Shown here one piece after another: positions 28,708-38,107 of a stretch of DNA of 64,000 nt (the stretch's first letter is position 1; each line of letters opens with the position of its first letter). Made by a program: the position numbers and the translations under genes. This DNA comes from an uncultured Gammaproteobacteria bacterium (GTDB taxonomy: Bacteria; Patescibacteriota; Microgenomatia; Levybacterales; UBA12049): contig CAYYSJ010000001.1 in NCBI GenBank assembly GCA_964474445.1, positions 345,377 through 409,376 of the forward strand, in the 5' to 3' direction. Under the pieces are notes generated by a model that saw nothing but the letters and a program-made list of their open reading frames with translations, was not told the DNA's origin and searched no databases.

Positions 28708-29112
28708 TTACTTTATTATTTCATAAGGAAACGTGTCTTCTGCAGACCACTCTTTATCTGTATAGTTGAGAAGTGATGCTTGAGTAGATAGACTTTTGAA
28801 AGCATGAACAATATTAGGCCCTATTTCAAGACGAATATATTTGTTTGAATCCCCATTCAATGTCAGTCTTTTTTTCTCTTTTGTTTTAATATCCATAAGT
28901 TTTACTTGCAATTTACCAGATACTACACCAAACCATTCTCTCCATTTTTTGTGATAATGATTGCCACGAATAATACTTTTTTTATCAAATGTAACGAAGT
29001 AAATCTGACCAAATTCCTTTAGTTTTTTATTTAAGTCACTGTTACGCAGAAAAACAACAAGTTGCCCTCTCTTATCATTAAATTTTTCAAAATATTCTAT
29101 TTTGTAATCCAT
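28708..29112 (-). CDS. Cupin nucleotide-sugar 3,4-ketoisomerase (FdtA/QdtA/WxcM-C-like)
   Basis: It is a 134-aa cupin with IIRGNHYHKK (RG.H.H metal/acid-base motif). It lies immediately upstream of the formyltransferase and aminotransferase genes. Confidence 0.55.
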   Translation of the reverse strand: MDYKIEYFEKFNDKRGQLVVFLRNSDLNKKLKEFGQIYFVTFDKKSIIRGNHYHKKWREWFGVVSGKLQVKLMDIKTKEKKRLTLNGDSNKYIRLEIGPNIVHAFKSLSTQASLLNYTDKEWSAEDTFPYEIIK

Positions 29113-29117
29113 ATCTT

Positions 29118-30116
29118 CTAAAGACGTGAAGGATCTTTCCCAAGACCTAGTAGTATTCGCGCTAACTCATACTGGATAGCACATGCCGAAATAAAGGATA
29201 TTACTGGATGAAAAAACCACATAGGCTCTCCATCTTCTACAAAACCATATATGCTTCTGATGATGGGAAAAATAATACTCCATGCATAGAAAGGAAATAT
29301 AAAAAATTTAAACCATTGAAAGAGAGTAAAATATTTTACTCGTTTTACAATCCCTATACGTTTATCTTTAATTGCCATCATAGTAAACCAACGTTGTTTA
29401 CGAAAGTAATGTTCAGTGCTTCTAATTGTATGATGATATAGTGACAATGAGTAAATATAAGCAATTTTATAATTTAGATAAATATCTCTAACTGGAGTAA
29501 TATCATCATACATATTTTTTCGTATTTTACAAAATTCTTTTCTTACAGTAAAACCTTGAGCCAAACCCAATATGGGAACAGTCTTTGAAGAAGCATAATC
29601 ATATATTTCAAATGAGTTATTCGTATTTGTCGTCTTGTATATCTTTTTAAACGTTCTTGCATTGGCAGCATGCCCATAGATAAAATGATTTATCGGATCT
29701 GTAAAGGTATTAATATATTTAGTAAATAGTGTGTCTGAAGGAAGGCTGTCATGTTTGGGAAATGCAGCAAACACATCTTGCTTTGAAAATGTCTTAACAA
29801 TTTTTAAAAAAGCATTTTTATCATGAAAAATATTATCTGATGCTAAAATCATTAGTAAATCACCCTTACTTTTTTTCATACCTAAATATATTCCAGGTTC
29901 TGCAAATACATACTTGTTATGTACAATCGTTAACTTATTTTTTTTCGCAATTTCCAATGTCTTATCTGTAGATCCTCCATCAGCAATAACCATTTCAATC
30001 CTTGACGATGGATAATTTTGTCTTCTCACAGATTGTATTAAACTAGGTAAATCGTTTGCTGAATTAAGTGTAGGGGTAATAATAGATATAAGTGGAAATG
30101 TGTGTTTTTTTTGCAT
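29118..30116 (-). CDS. GT2 glycosyltransferase
   Basis: Motifs seen: LISIITPTLNSANDL, VIADGGSTDKT. Confidence 0.75.
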   Translation of the reverse strand: MQKKHTFPLISIITPTLNSANDLPSLIQSVRRQNYPSSRIEMVIADGGSTDKTLEIAKKNKLTIVHNKYVFAEPGIYLGMKKSKGDLLMILASDNIFHDKNAFLKIVKTFSKQDVFAAFPKHDSLPSDTLFTKYINTFTDPINHFIYGHAANARTFKKIYKTTNTNNSFEIYDYASSKTVPILGLAQGFTVRKEFCKIRKNMYDDITPVRDIYLNYKIAYIYSLSLYHHTIRSTEHYFRKQRWFTMMAIKDKRIGIVKRVKYFTLFQWFKFFIFPFYAWSIIFPIIRSIYGFVEDGEPMWFFHPVISFISACAIQYELARILLGLGKDPSRL

Positions 30117-30160
30117 TGCTATACAGTATTATGATTTACTCTAAATTTACTCTGCGTCCA

Positions 30161-31261
30161 TTATGACATATAAACATTTTTTATTAAAAATAAACTTTTC
30201 TTTGCTGCACTATCCCATGTTAATGTTCTTGCCCAATTTTGAGCATTTTTACTAATTGAGCCTAGTAATTTATTTTTTGATATAACTTTAACTACTGTAT
30301 CAACAAACTCATCTTCGTTTTTACACAGAAACCCGGTCTTATTTTCTATAACCGCATCTGATAATCCTGGAACTTTAAAAGCAACAGCAGGAGTACCATA
30401 GTGATTTGCTTCAATAACTGATATTCCCCACCCCTCATGCAACGAAGGGTTTACCATTAGCCATGACCTTTGTAACAGTGTCTTTTTTTCGTTTTCTGAC
30501 ACAGGGCCAAGAAGAAGAATATTCTTCCTATAGCCATTTTTCATAACAATATCACTTATTTGTGGAGCTTCAGTACCCCATCCTGCAATAATAAGCCTTA
30601 CTTTAGGAACTTTTTGAAGGACCTTTGGGAAAATTTCCATTAATAAATCCAACCGCTTATATCTCTTGATTCGACCAAGGTATATCAGAGTTGGACGTTT
30701 ATATTTCTCTTTTTTCATATATGGCTTGTAGCTTACTCCAGGATTAACAATATGGATATGCGAATGGATAAAGCCTAACTTCATTAGTTCTGACTTAGTA
30801 CTTTTTGATATTGATATGACCGGAACATTTCTGTAAAGGAAAGAGAAAATGTACCTTTCTATAACATATCCAATAACATTTAGCGGAAAACCAAATTCAT
30901 AAAAGAATTGTTTTCCGTGGACATGATACACAAGAACAACTTTTTTCTTTATGCTAAAAAGAGGTGTAAAGAAGGGAATACCATTCTCAACATCAACAAT
31001 AAAGTCAGTGTGTTTTCTTAATTTGGTCAAATAGGTAAGAAAGGCCCAGAAATAAACGGTGAACCTATTACCCTTTCTATAGATAGTTATTCCATCTATT
31101 GTTTCTTGTTTGGGTAATTTTCTTGTTGGATCTTGAGAAGTAACTATTGATACGTTATTCCCTTTTTCTTTCCACCTTTTTGCCAATTCATGAATATACA
31201 ATTCTCCTCCTCCTGCCCAACTATTTTTCATATCTCTCCAATTGAAAATAAGTATGTTCAT
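30161..31261 (-). CDS. GT4 glycosyltransferase
   Basis: I prefer the start MNILIFNWRDMKN at 31261; the track start at 31342 overlaps the MTase gene by 74 nt. EGWGISVIEANHYGTPAVAF is present. It is a paralog of 33873..34979. Confidence 0.75.
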   Translation of the reverse strand: MNILIFNWRDMKNSWAGGGELYIHELAKRWKEKGNNVSIVTSQDPTRKLPKQETIDGITIYRKGNRFTVYFWAFLTYLTKLRKHTDFIVDVENGIPFFTPLFSIKKKVVLVYHVHGKQFFYEFGFPLNVIGYVIERYIFSFLYRNVPVISISKSTKSELMKLGFIHSHIHIVNPGVSYKPYMKKEKYKRPTLIYLGRIKRYKRLDLLMEIFPKVLQKVPKVRLIIAGWGTEAPQISDIVMKNGYRKNILLLGPVSENEKKTLLQRSWLMVNPSLHEGWGISVIEANHYGTPAVAFKVPGLSDAVIENKTGFLCKNEDEFVDTVVKVISKNKLLGSISKNAQNWARTLTWDSAAKKSLFLIKNVYMS

Positions 31262-31268
31262 ATTGAAG

Positions 31269-32147
31269 TTATTTTTTTGTCTTTGAGAGGACAACCAGTT
31301 TCCAAGCACTGACAGAGGTATTTTTAAATACGTCCAACTCAAATAAAGATAAATTCCTTATAATATTAATAAAGAACATCCACATATGTCGCCATGACAT
31401 AATTACATCAAATTTTCTCTTTTTTTGAGACATTGCTTTAATAACACCTCTATCAGAATATTTCACTGCCTTTTTCCCTAAAAATAAATCCATTAATTCT
31501 AAAGGTACAAAATATGTCAAAACACTAATGAGTTGATAGAGAAAGTGCTCACTATACATAGTTTTTTGTATTTTAAACCCTTTCTCTTTTAAAAGATTCT
31601 TTACATATAAGTGAGTAAATTCTGGGTGAATATGTCCATATCTTTTAAAAGTCATGTTTTGACCTATTCCTAACTTTTGCCACAGCCATGTGTGAGTTAG
31701 TACTTGCCCTTCACAAGGTACTATGAGGAAAAACTCTCCTCCCTTTTTAAGAATCCTTTTTACTTCTTTCAGAAAAAAATCAACATCAGGGATATGTTCC
31801 ATTACATCCAAACAAATACAAACATCAAAAGTGTTATCTTTATATGGAAGTTTTTTTCCACGTATAACTCCATAGGTAACCTTTCCACTACCAAATTTTC
31901 TTGCATAGTCTATTGCCTTCTTGCTAACATCACAACCATAAACTTTTGCTTGAGGATAATAGTATGGTAAACTTTCTGTTGTAATACCTCCACCACATCC
32001 AATATCAAGTAATTTTCCTTTTACCGTTTTTAGAGATTCTGTAAGTCGTTTTAATCTGTAATCATCCTTGAAGGTGCGATAGTAGGTTTTTTGTTTACCT
32101 TCCATAACACCCATGAATACATCTTCATAATTAAATTCGTTTTCCAT
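31269..32147 (-). CDS. Class I SAM-dependent methyltransferase
   Basis: Motif I is LLDIGCGGG. An acidic motif II is present (VYGCDVS). Length is 292 aa. Confidence 0.75.
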   Translation of the reverse strand: MENEFNYEDVFMGVMEGKQKTYYRTFKDDYRLKRLTESLKTVKGKLLDIGCGGGITTESLPYYYPQAKVYGCDVSKKAIDYARKFGSGKVTYGVIRGKKLPYKDNTFDVCICLDVMEHIPDVDFFLKEVKRILKKGGEFFLIVPCEGQVLTHTWLWQKLGIGQNMTFKRYGHIHPEFTHLYVKNLLKEKGFKIQKTMYSEHFLYQLISVLTYFVPLELMDLFLGKKAVKYSDRGVIKAMSQKKRKFDVIMSWRHMWMFFINIIRNLSLFELDVFKNTSVSAWKLVVLSKTKK

Positions 32148-32157
32148 ACTTTAAGAA

Positions 32158-33018
32158 TTATACTATTATAGAACGCAAAATGTCAGTAAGCTCCCCAACA
32201 GAAACAAGAGGAACGTCTCCCACATAGTTTTCATGAGATTTCTCTCCTTCTCTTTTACCTTGAATTTTTAATTTGATTTTTTGCTCTGGAAAAAGACTGA
32301 TAAATGCTTTTGCCAAATCTCCAAGCTTAAACTTCTTCGTATAAGAAAAAGGGTAAAACATTTCGTCTGCATTTATCCTCGTTTTTAGACTGGTAGATAC
32401 AATAAATCGAGCTGCATCGGGCAAAGTCACGAAAAAGCGTGTCATCTCAGGATCTGTAACTGTAATTTCGTTTCTGGTTTTTACCTGATGTTTCCATACA
32501 TCAATAACACTTCCTCTTGATCCTAAAAAGTTAGGACAGCGAACGTTAATGAACAAACCAGTACTAAACTTATTCGTTTCTTCAACTAAATATTCAGCAA
32601 ATAATTTACTCGCTCCATAGCAATTCACAACACCTATTGCTTTATCAGATGAAAGGTTAATAAAACGTTTGACGTTTTCCGCATGATCGAGTAAGTTCAA
32701 TACTCCTAAAATATTTGATTTTAGCACTTCTCGGGGATGCCTCTCTGCAAAAATAACATCCTTCATTGCTGCAGTATGATAAATAAAGTCTGCATTTTTA
32801 AACATTCTTTTAATCGTTACAGAATCGTTAATGTCTCCTACTTGAAAGGTAACCTTTGAGGAATGGATAAATTCTTTTGCTTCTTTTATGAGTCCTTCAT
32901 CACGACTAAGTGAGGTTATATCTGTAGCACCACTTTTTAAAAGTTCTTTTATAATATGTCTTCCAAGACTGCCGCTACCACCTGTAACGATTATTTTCTT
33001 ATTTTTTAGAGAGATCAT
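32158..33018 (-). CDS. UDP-GlcNAc 4,6-dehydratase-like (PseB/CapD/FlaA1, Polysacc_synt_2 family)
   Basis: Motifs seen: IIVTGGSGSLG, YGASKLFAE, DPEMTRFFVT. Confidence 0.7.
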   Translation of the reverse strand: MISLKNKKIIVTGGSGSLGRHIIKELLKSGATDITSLSRDEGLIKEAKEFIHSSKVTFQVGDINDSVTIKRMFKNADFIYHTAAMKDVIFAERHPREVLKSNILGVLNLLDHAENVKRFINLSSDKAIGVVNCYGASKLFAEYLVEETNKFSTGLFINVRCPNFLGSRGSVIDVWKHQVKTRNEITVTDPEMTRFFVTLPDAARFIVSTSLKTRINADEMFYPFSYTKKFKLGDLAKAFISLFPEQKIKLKIQGKREGEKSHENYVGDVPLVSVGELTDILRSIIV

Positions 33019-33883
33019 TGTTTTTATAGGTTAGAATTCCTTTTGTAAATCCTACCATACCCCCTGTATATTTTACAACTAGCATTATCATAAACCCCAT
33101 GGCTAAAGATGGATTTTTTAGGAATTTCTTCCAATGTCCAAAATATGATGTTCTTATAGGATTTACCTGTTGAAATCCTCTCTTAGTAGAATTATGTTTT
33201 AAGAAAGAAACCATTTCCTGACCATAGAAGATACTTTTTCTAAATAACTCTGTTATCGTTTTTGGCTCCCCTAAATGATATTCTCTGGATCGAATTCTTC
33301 CCCATTTAAAACCAGCATTAATAAATCTATTATGTAAATCATAGTCATCCCAAACAACTTCTTCATTGTATCCTCCGATTTTTTTCCATGCAGATTTTTT
33401 GTAAAAACGCAGCCCTACAATAAGATCATCGTTCACATACATATCTCTTTCAAACTGTCTGACTTTTGCCCAAAAACTTATGCTTGGTACGGAAACATTA
33501 TGAACAGCAACACCATCCAAGTGCTCTTTTTCACATTTTTCTACTGCTTCCTTAACAATATCTTTATCAAGAACAAAATCTCCATCAATTCTATAACAGT
33601 ATTTCCCTTTCGCTTTACGTATACCATAATTTGTTTGCGCACCTCTTTCGTTACCTTTGAAATAAATATTCTTAGTATACTTTTTCGCTATTTTCACTGT
33701 ATTGTCAGTTGAGTAATTATCTACAAGAATAACTTCTAAATGTTTATACGTCTGAGCTTTCACACTTGTTAAGGTCTTTTCCAAAAATTCAGCAGCATTT
33801 TTTGTGGGTATAATTATTGAAACAAGCGGGTTTTTCATATGAGAAATATTATATATAGTAAAAGGTCTATTTTCAAATACCAT
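32999..33883 (-). CDS. GT2 glycosyltransferase
   Basis: Motifs seen: LVSIIIPTKNAAEFL, VILVDNYSTDNT. An alternative start is Met at 33838. Confidence 0.75.
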   Translation of the reverse strand: MVFENRPFTIYNISHMKNPLVSIIIPTKNAAEFLEKTLTSVKAQTYKHLEVILVDNYSTDNTVKIAKKYTKNIYFKGNERGAQTNYGIRKAKGKYCYRIDGDFVLDKDIVKEAVEKCEKEHLDGVAVHNVSVPSISFWAKVRQFERDMYVNDDLIVGLRFYKKSAWKKIGGYNEEVVWDDYDLHNRFINAGFKWGRIRSREYHLGEPKTITELFRKSIFYGQEMVSFLKHNSTKRGFQQVNPIRTSYFGHWKKFLKNPSLAMGFMIMLVVKYTGGMVGFTKGILTYKNNDLSKK

Positions 33884-34979
33884 TTAAAGCTTTGCTTAGT
33901 ATTGATAAACTTTCTTTAATATTTGTACTCCAAGAAAAAGATTTTGCCCATGCAAAACAATTTTTTTGAAATATTTTGTACCTTTTTGTATCATTAACGA
34001 GATTCAATGCGGCTTGAGCCATGTCTTTAGGTGAATTTTCTGCTAAAATTATCCCTGTTTTATTGTTGATAACACTATCTCGTAATCCTGCAACATTATA
34101 TACAATAGCTGGAGTACCCTGACTTGCTGCTTCAATAACAACCAACCCCCACCCTTCCTTTACTGATGCATGTAAGAGTATGTGAGATTTTGCCATGAGT
34201 GAAAGTTTTTCTTTTTGACTAATAAATCCTTTAAAAGTAACGTTGCTTGCAACACCGAGATCTTGTGCGAGCCTTCGCAGGTAAGCAACATAGCGTTTTT
34301 CACCTGATCCTACAATAATAAGCTGCGAATTCGGATCTTGTTGATAGATAGATGAGTAGGATCTTAATATATCTTCTATTCCCTTCATTTTAACAAGTCT
34401 GCTCACAAAAAGAAACGTATGATTGTCATTCTTTTTGAGAGGTAAGGGGGCAGATTGATTAGATAATCCATTATGCAAAATATGAATACGTTTTTCGTTT
34501 ACCCCCATCTTTATAAGGTCGTCTTTTGTAGATTTGGAAACGGTAATAAATGATATGTTTGCATAAGGAAAGAAAAAAAATCTTTCAAGAATTTTTCCTA
34601 TCATTGATATTGGGAATGCGTACATTGAATCCCAAATCTCCCCAGCAATTTCATGGATAAATCCAATAATAGGTTTTTTGACATATAAAGGAGTCAAAAA
34701 AGGAAGTCCATGAATCTCATCAACAACAATATCAAAATGATTTCCAGAGAAAAAATAAAAAAGAGGAAAGAGGAAAAAAGATGTTAATACTGTACCCAAT
34801 CTCTGAATTACTATGCCATCAAGAATCTCTTGTCGCGGTGCACCTTGAAATGCTGTTGCAAGCCAAACTACTTTATGTCCTGCTTTTCTCCATCCTCTTG
34901 CATATTCTAGTGTAACAATTTCTGCTCCCCCTGATTTAGGATTTTTTGGATCTCTCCAATTGAGTATCAAAATATTCAT
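33873..34979 (-). CDS. GT4 glycosyltransferase
   Basis: Motifs seen: MNILILNWRDPKNPKSGGAE...EGWGLVVIEAASQGTPAIVY. Confidence 0.8.
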   Translation of the reverse strand: MNILILNWRDPKNPKSGGAEIVTLEYARGWRKAGHKVVWLATAFQGAPRQEILDGIVIQRLGTVLTSFFLFPLFYFFSGNHFDIVVDEIHGLPFLTPLYVKKPIIGFIHEIAGEIWDSMYAFPISMIGKILERFFFFPYANISFITVSKSTKDDLIKMGVNEKRIHILHNGLSNQSAPLPLKKNDNHTFLFVSRLVKMKGIEDILRSYSSIYQQDPNSQLIIVGSGEKRYVAYLRRLAQDLGVASNVTFKGFISQKEKLSLMAKSHILLHASVKEGWGLVVIEAASQGTPAIVYNVAGLRDSVINNKTGIILAENSPKDMAQAALNLVNDTKRYKIFQKNCFAWAKSFSWSTNIKESLSILSKALNGI

Positions 34980-34984
34980 GACAA

Positions 34985-35791
34985 TTAGGAAACATTAATA
35001 CGAAAATTGAGTTCTGGATCATATCTCCATTTCCGTTTACTACCTTTTGCATAGTACTTAACTATTTTTAAACGATAGAAAACAGCAAATGTGTCCCACA
35101 ACATCGAGAGCACTGTTTTCCAGAAATTTTTTGATGTAATTGATGACCAATTATTAAATGTAAGCTCTATTGGGGCCTCATAAATGCGCAGATATCCTAA
35201 TGAATAAGCTACTGCAAGCATTTCTATGTCAAAGGCGTATTTTTTAACTAATAACCGTGGCAATACTTTTTCTAAAACGTTTCTTTTAAATAACTTAAGA
35301 CCAACTTGTGTATCACTAATAGAAAGTCCAAAAAGTGTATGAATTATACTTCTATATCCCCAAGAAAGTATCTTCCTTTGCCAGGGATACACAACTTTTG
35401 AATGAGGGTGTAGTTTAGAACCAATAATGATGTCTGCTTTTTTTTGTTTCATATCTTCGAGAAGCGTTCTTATTCCTTCTGGATTTAAATCCATACCTGC
35501 ATCAATAAATGCGATAAGATTCCCTTTTGCTCTTGCCATACCAAACCGTACGGCATATCCTTTACCATGATTATGAGAATATCCAACAGTCTTTACCTTT
35601 GCAATTTGTGCTGAATCCAGAATCTCTCTCGTTTTTTCTAGTTCCCCATCCACCACAACAATAATCTCAAAGGGATATCTCACATTATCCATTATTTTTT
35701 TAACTGATTGAATATCTCGAACGATAGTTGCTTCTTGTCGATAAGCTGGCACAATGAGAGAAATAAAGTTAGAAGGTTTCTTTTTGACCAT
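34985..35791 (-). CDS. DPM1/GtrB-like GT2 (soluble form), a candidate polyprenyl-phosphate sugar synthase
   Basis: Motifs seen: ISLIVPAYRQE, IIVVVDGELEKT, HNHGKGYAVRFG, IAFIDAGMDLNP. Confidence 0.7.
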   Translation of the reverse strand: MVKKKPSNFISLIVPAYRQEATIVRDIQSVKKIMDNVRYPFEIIVVVDGELEKTREILDSAQIAKVKTVGYSHNHGKGYAVRFGMARAKGNLIAFIDAGMDLNPEGIRTLLEDMKQKKADIIIGSKLHPHSKVVYPWQRKILSWGYRSIIHTLFGLSISDTQVGLKLFKRNVLEKVLPRLLVKKYAFDIEMLAVAYSLGYLRIYEAPIELTFNNWSSITSKNFWKTVLSMLWDTFAVFYRLKIVKYYAKGSKRKWRYDPELNFRINVS

Positions 35792-37052
35792 AGTGTTTGC
35801 TGTAATATAACAAAAGTAAAATTAAGAGTACAAGAGTTACCATTGTTGAAATGCTAATAACTTGAAAAAAGGTTGCGTGAAATAAGCTTATTAGCACACC
35901 TTGTAAAAAGGCACCTAGTACAACAAGATAGACAACTTCTGTTTTCTTTAAAGATAGGAAAAAGTTGACTAAAACATTTAGCAGACTAAATAGTGTTAAA
36001 AATACACCAAAATAACCTAAAAATCCCGCTACACTTTGATACTGTTTGCCTCCTAAAAAGATCATGACAACAAGATGAGGGAAAAGAAAGTATATGAGAG
36101 TCAATATCAAGGAAGGCAATGATACTAAACATAATGCAGCAAAAAAAAGGTTATGATAATTTTTCCCTTCTTCAAATCGTTTTATGACAAGAGGAAACAT
36201 AACAGTTGTTATGGGAGCAGTAAAATAAAAAATAATTTTCCCAACAAGAGACATCCCTGAATACAGTCCAGCGTCATGAGCACTAAAGAAATGTTTCACA
36301 AGCAATATATCTGTGGAGGTAAAAGATGAAAGAGCAAAAAGAGAAAGCGCAGTGGGAAGCCCATATGTAAAAACATTCTTAAACTCAAATAGAATAGCTG
36401 TTTGCTTCTTAAATCTTAAAATATCTTTAAGAGGGATATAAGTAAAAAGTATTGGAAGAAAAGATGCAATAAAAATTGCTCCTAATGCTCCATTTATTTG
36501 CCAACCAAGCAAAACAAAGAGAACTCCAAACACAACTTTCAGCACCCCTGTTAGCATATAGTAGCAAGCTAGGTAGTCAAATCTCATTAATGCTTGGAGA
36601 AAGGCAACATTTGGGATTCCAAAATACATTACCATTGCAGAAAAGCCTGCAATAATAACGGGAAGGGTAGTTTCAATATGGAAAAATCCTTTAATAGAGG
36701 GCTGAAACATAATAAATAAAAACAAAATAATTATTGAAGTAATCGTAAAGAAACGGAATGTCTGAAAATAAAACTCATGCACCCGGCTTAAATCTTTTTT
36801 TGTAAAATATCGTGAAACAAATTGCACAATTATTTGTGTAAATGATTGGCCTGGTATACTAATGAGTGTTATTAAAGAGAGCAGAACAGTATATTCTCCG
36901 TAGTTTGCATATGACAATTTTCTTACTAAAAAAAGATTAAAAATAAAAGCAAAAATATTTGCAAAAGTAGATCCTAAAAAAATAAAAGTACTACCAGCAA
37001 CTAACTCATGTGTCATAACTCTTTTCCCTAGTGCAAAAGCCTTGTCTTTCAT
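35769..37052 (-). CDS. Wzx-like oligosaccharide flippase (MOP superfamily)
   Basis: Length is 427 aa with about 12 TM helices and a typical polysaccharide-biosynthesis-protein topology. Confidence 0.6.
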   Translation of the reverse strand: MKDKAFALGKRVMTHELVAGSTFIFLGSTFANIFAFIFNLFLVRKLSYANYGEYTVLLSLITLISIPGQSFTQIIVQFVSRYFTKKDLSRVHEFYFQTFRFFTITSIIILFLFIMFQPSIKGFFHIETTLPVIIAGFSAMVMYFGIPNVAFLQALMRFDYLACYYMLTGVLKVVFGVLFVLLGWQINGALGAIFIASFLPILFTYIPLKDILRFKKQTAILFEFKNVFTYGLPTALSLFALSSFTSTDILLVKHFFSAHDAGLYSGMSLVGKIIFYFTAPITTVMFPLVIKRFEEGKNYHNLFFAALCLVSLPSLILTLIYFLFPHLVVMIFLGGKQYQSVAGFLGYFGVFLTLFSLLNVLVNFFLSLKKTEVVYLVVLGAFLQGVLISLFHATFFQVISISTMVTLVLLILLLLYYSKHYGQKETF

Positions 37053-38098
37053 ATATTTGAAACTTTCTTATATACCTCAACTGTCTCCTCTGCCGTTTTT
37101 TTCCAGGAAAATTTTTTCGCCTGCAAAAGACCCTTTGCTTTCATTTTCTTTGTAAGCTGTGCATCTCCCATGACTTTTTGTATTCCTTGTTCTATAGACT
37201 CGACTGAATATGCATCAATAAAATAAGCAGAATCTCCAGCTACTTCAGAAAGTGAGCCTTCTTTACTTGTAATAACAGGACACCCACATGCCATTGCTTC
37301 AAGTACTGGTAGTCCGAATCCTTCATAAAGGCTTGGCATCACAAAAGCACTTGCAAGATTATATATTCCAACCAAATCTTCATCATCGACAAATCCTAAT
37401 CGAATACATTGTTCTTTATCTTTTACCATATCCAATACTTCTTTTAAATCGCTATTCCATGGATTTTCGAAATCTGCAGTTTCATTAACAAGCGCTTTCC
37501 CAACCATCACTAAAGGGATTTTTGTTCGAAGAACCGCCTTGACTAACCGAGGGACATTTTTATTGGGAGTAATATCACCAACATATAAAAGAAATTTTTC
37601 AGGTAAATGAAACTTTTCTTTTACTTTTTGTAGAGTTTGTTTATCGCTAATAACACGAAAATGTTCAGCAGCTGCCAAGTAAGCAACATGTATTTTTTCT
37701 TTTGGATAGTTAAGGAGATTTGCAATATCTTTTTGAGAAGAAAAGGAGTCAGTAATAATTGCATCCACTTTTTTTAACGCTCTTTTTTGTAACCACCACT
37801 TTATTTCCCCTTTTATTCCAACAGGAAAGCTTTCCGGAAAAAGCAGTGGAGTCATGTCGTGGACAGTAACAATTGTTTTTTTCCCTTTCAACACTGGTAA
37901 TGTTAAAAAAAATGGCTCAAAATATGGATAATGAACTATTTTCACCTCTTTGGGTATATTTTTTGTTTGAGTAAAAAAAGTGAATGAAATATATGGAAAA
38001 TATTCCTCTAGTGAGCTTTTCAGATTTTTTAAATAGAAGCCGACACCTCGTACTTTGTGTCCAGAAGAAAGGGGTGAAATATCAATTGCAACATTCAT
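37049..38098 (-). CDS. GT4 glycosyltransferase
   Basis: LYEGFGLPVLEAMACGCPVITS is present, with an N-terminal IDISPL fold. Confidence 0.8.
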   Translation of the reverse strand: MNVAIDISPLSSGHKVRGVGFYLKNLKSSLEEYFPYISFTFFTQTKNIPKEVKIVHYPYFEPFFLTLPVLKGKKTIVTVHDMTPLLFPESFPVGIKGEIKWWLQKRALKKVDAIITDSFSSQKDIANLLNYPKEKIHVAYLAAAEHFRVISDKQTLQKVKEKFHLPEKFLLYVGDITPNKNVPRLVKAVLRTKIPLVMVGKALVNETADFENPWNSDLKEVLDMVKDKEQCIRLGFVDDEDLVGIYNLASAFVMPSLYEGFGLPVLEAMACGCPVITSKEGSLSEVAGDSAYFIDAYSVESIEQGIQKVMGDAQLTKKMKAKGLLQAKKFSWKKTAEETVEVYKKVSNI

Positions 38099-38107
38099 GA
38101 GTAGATT

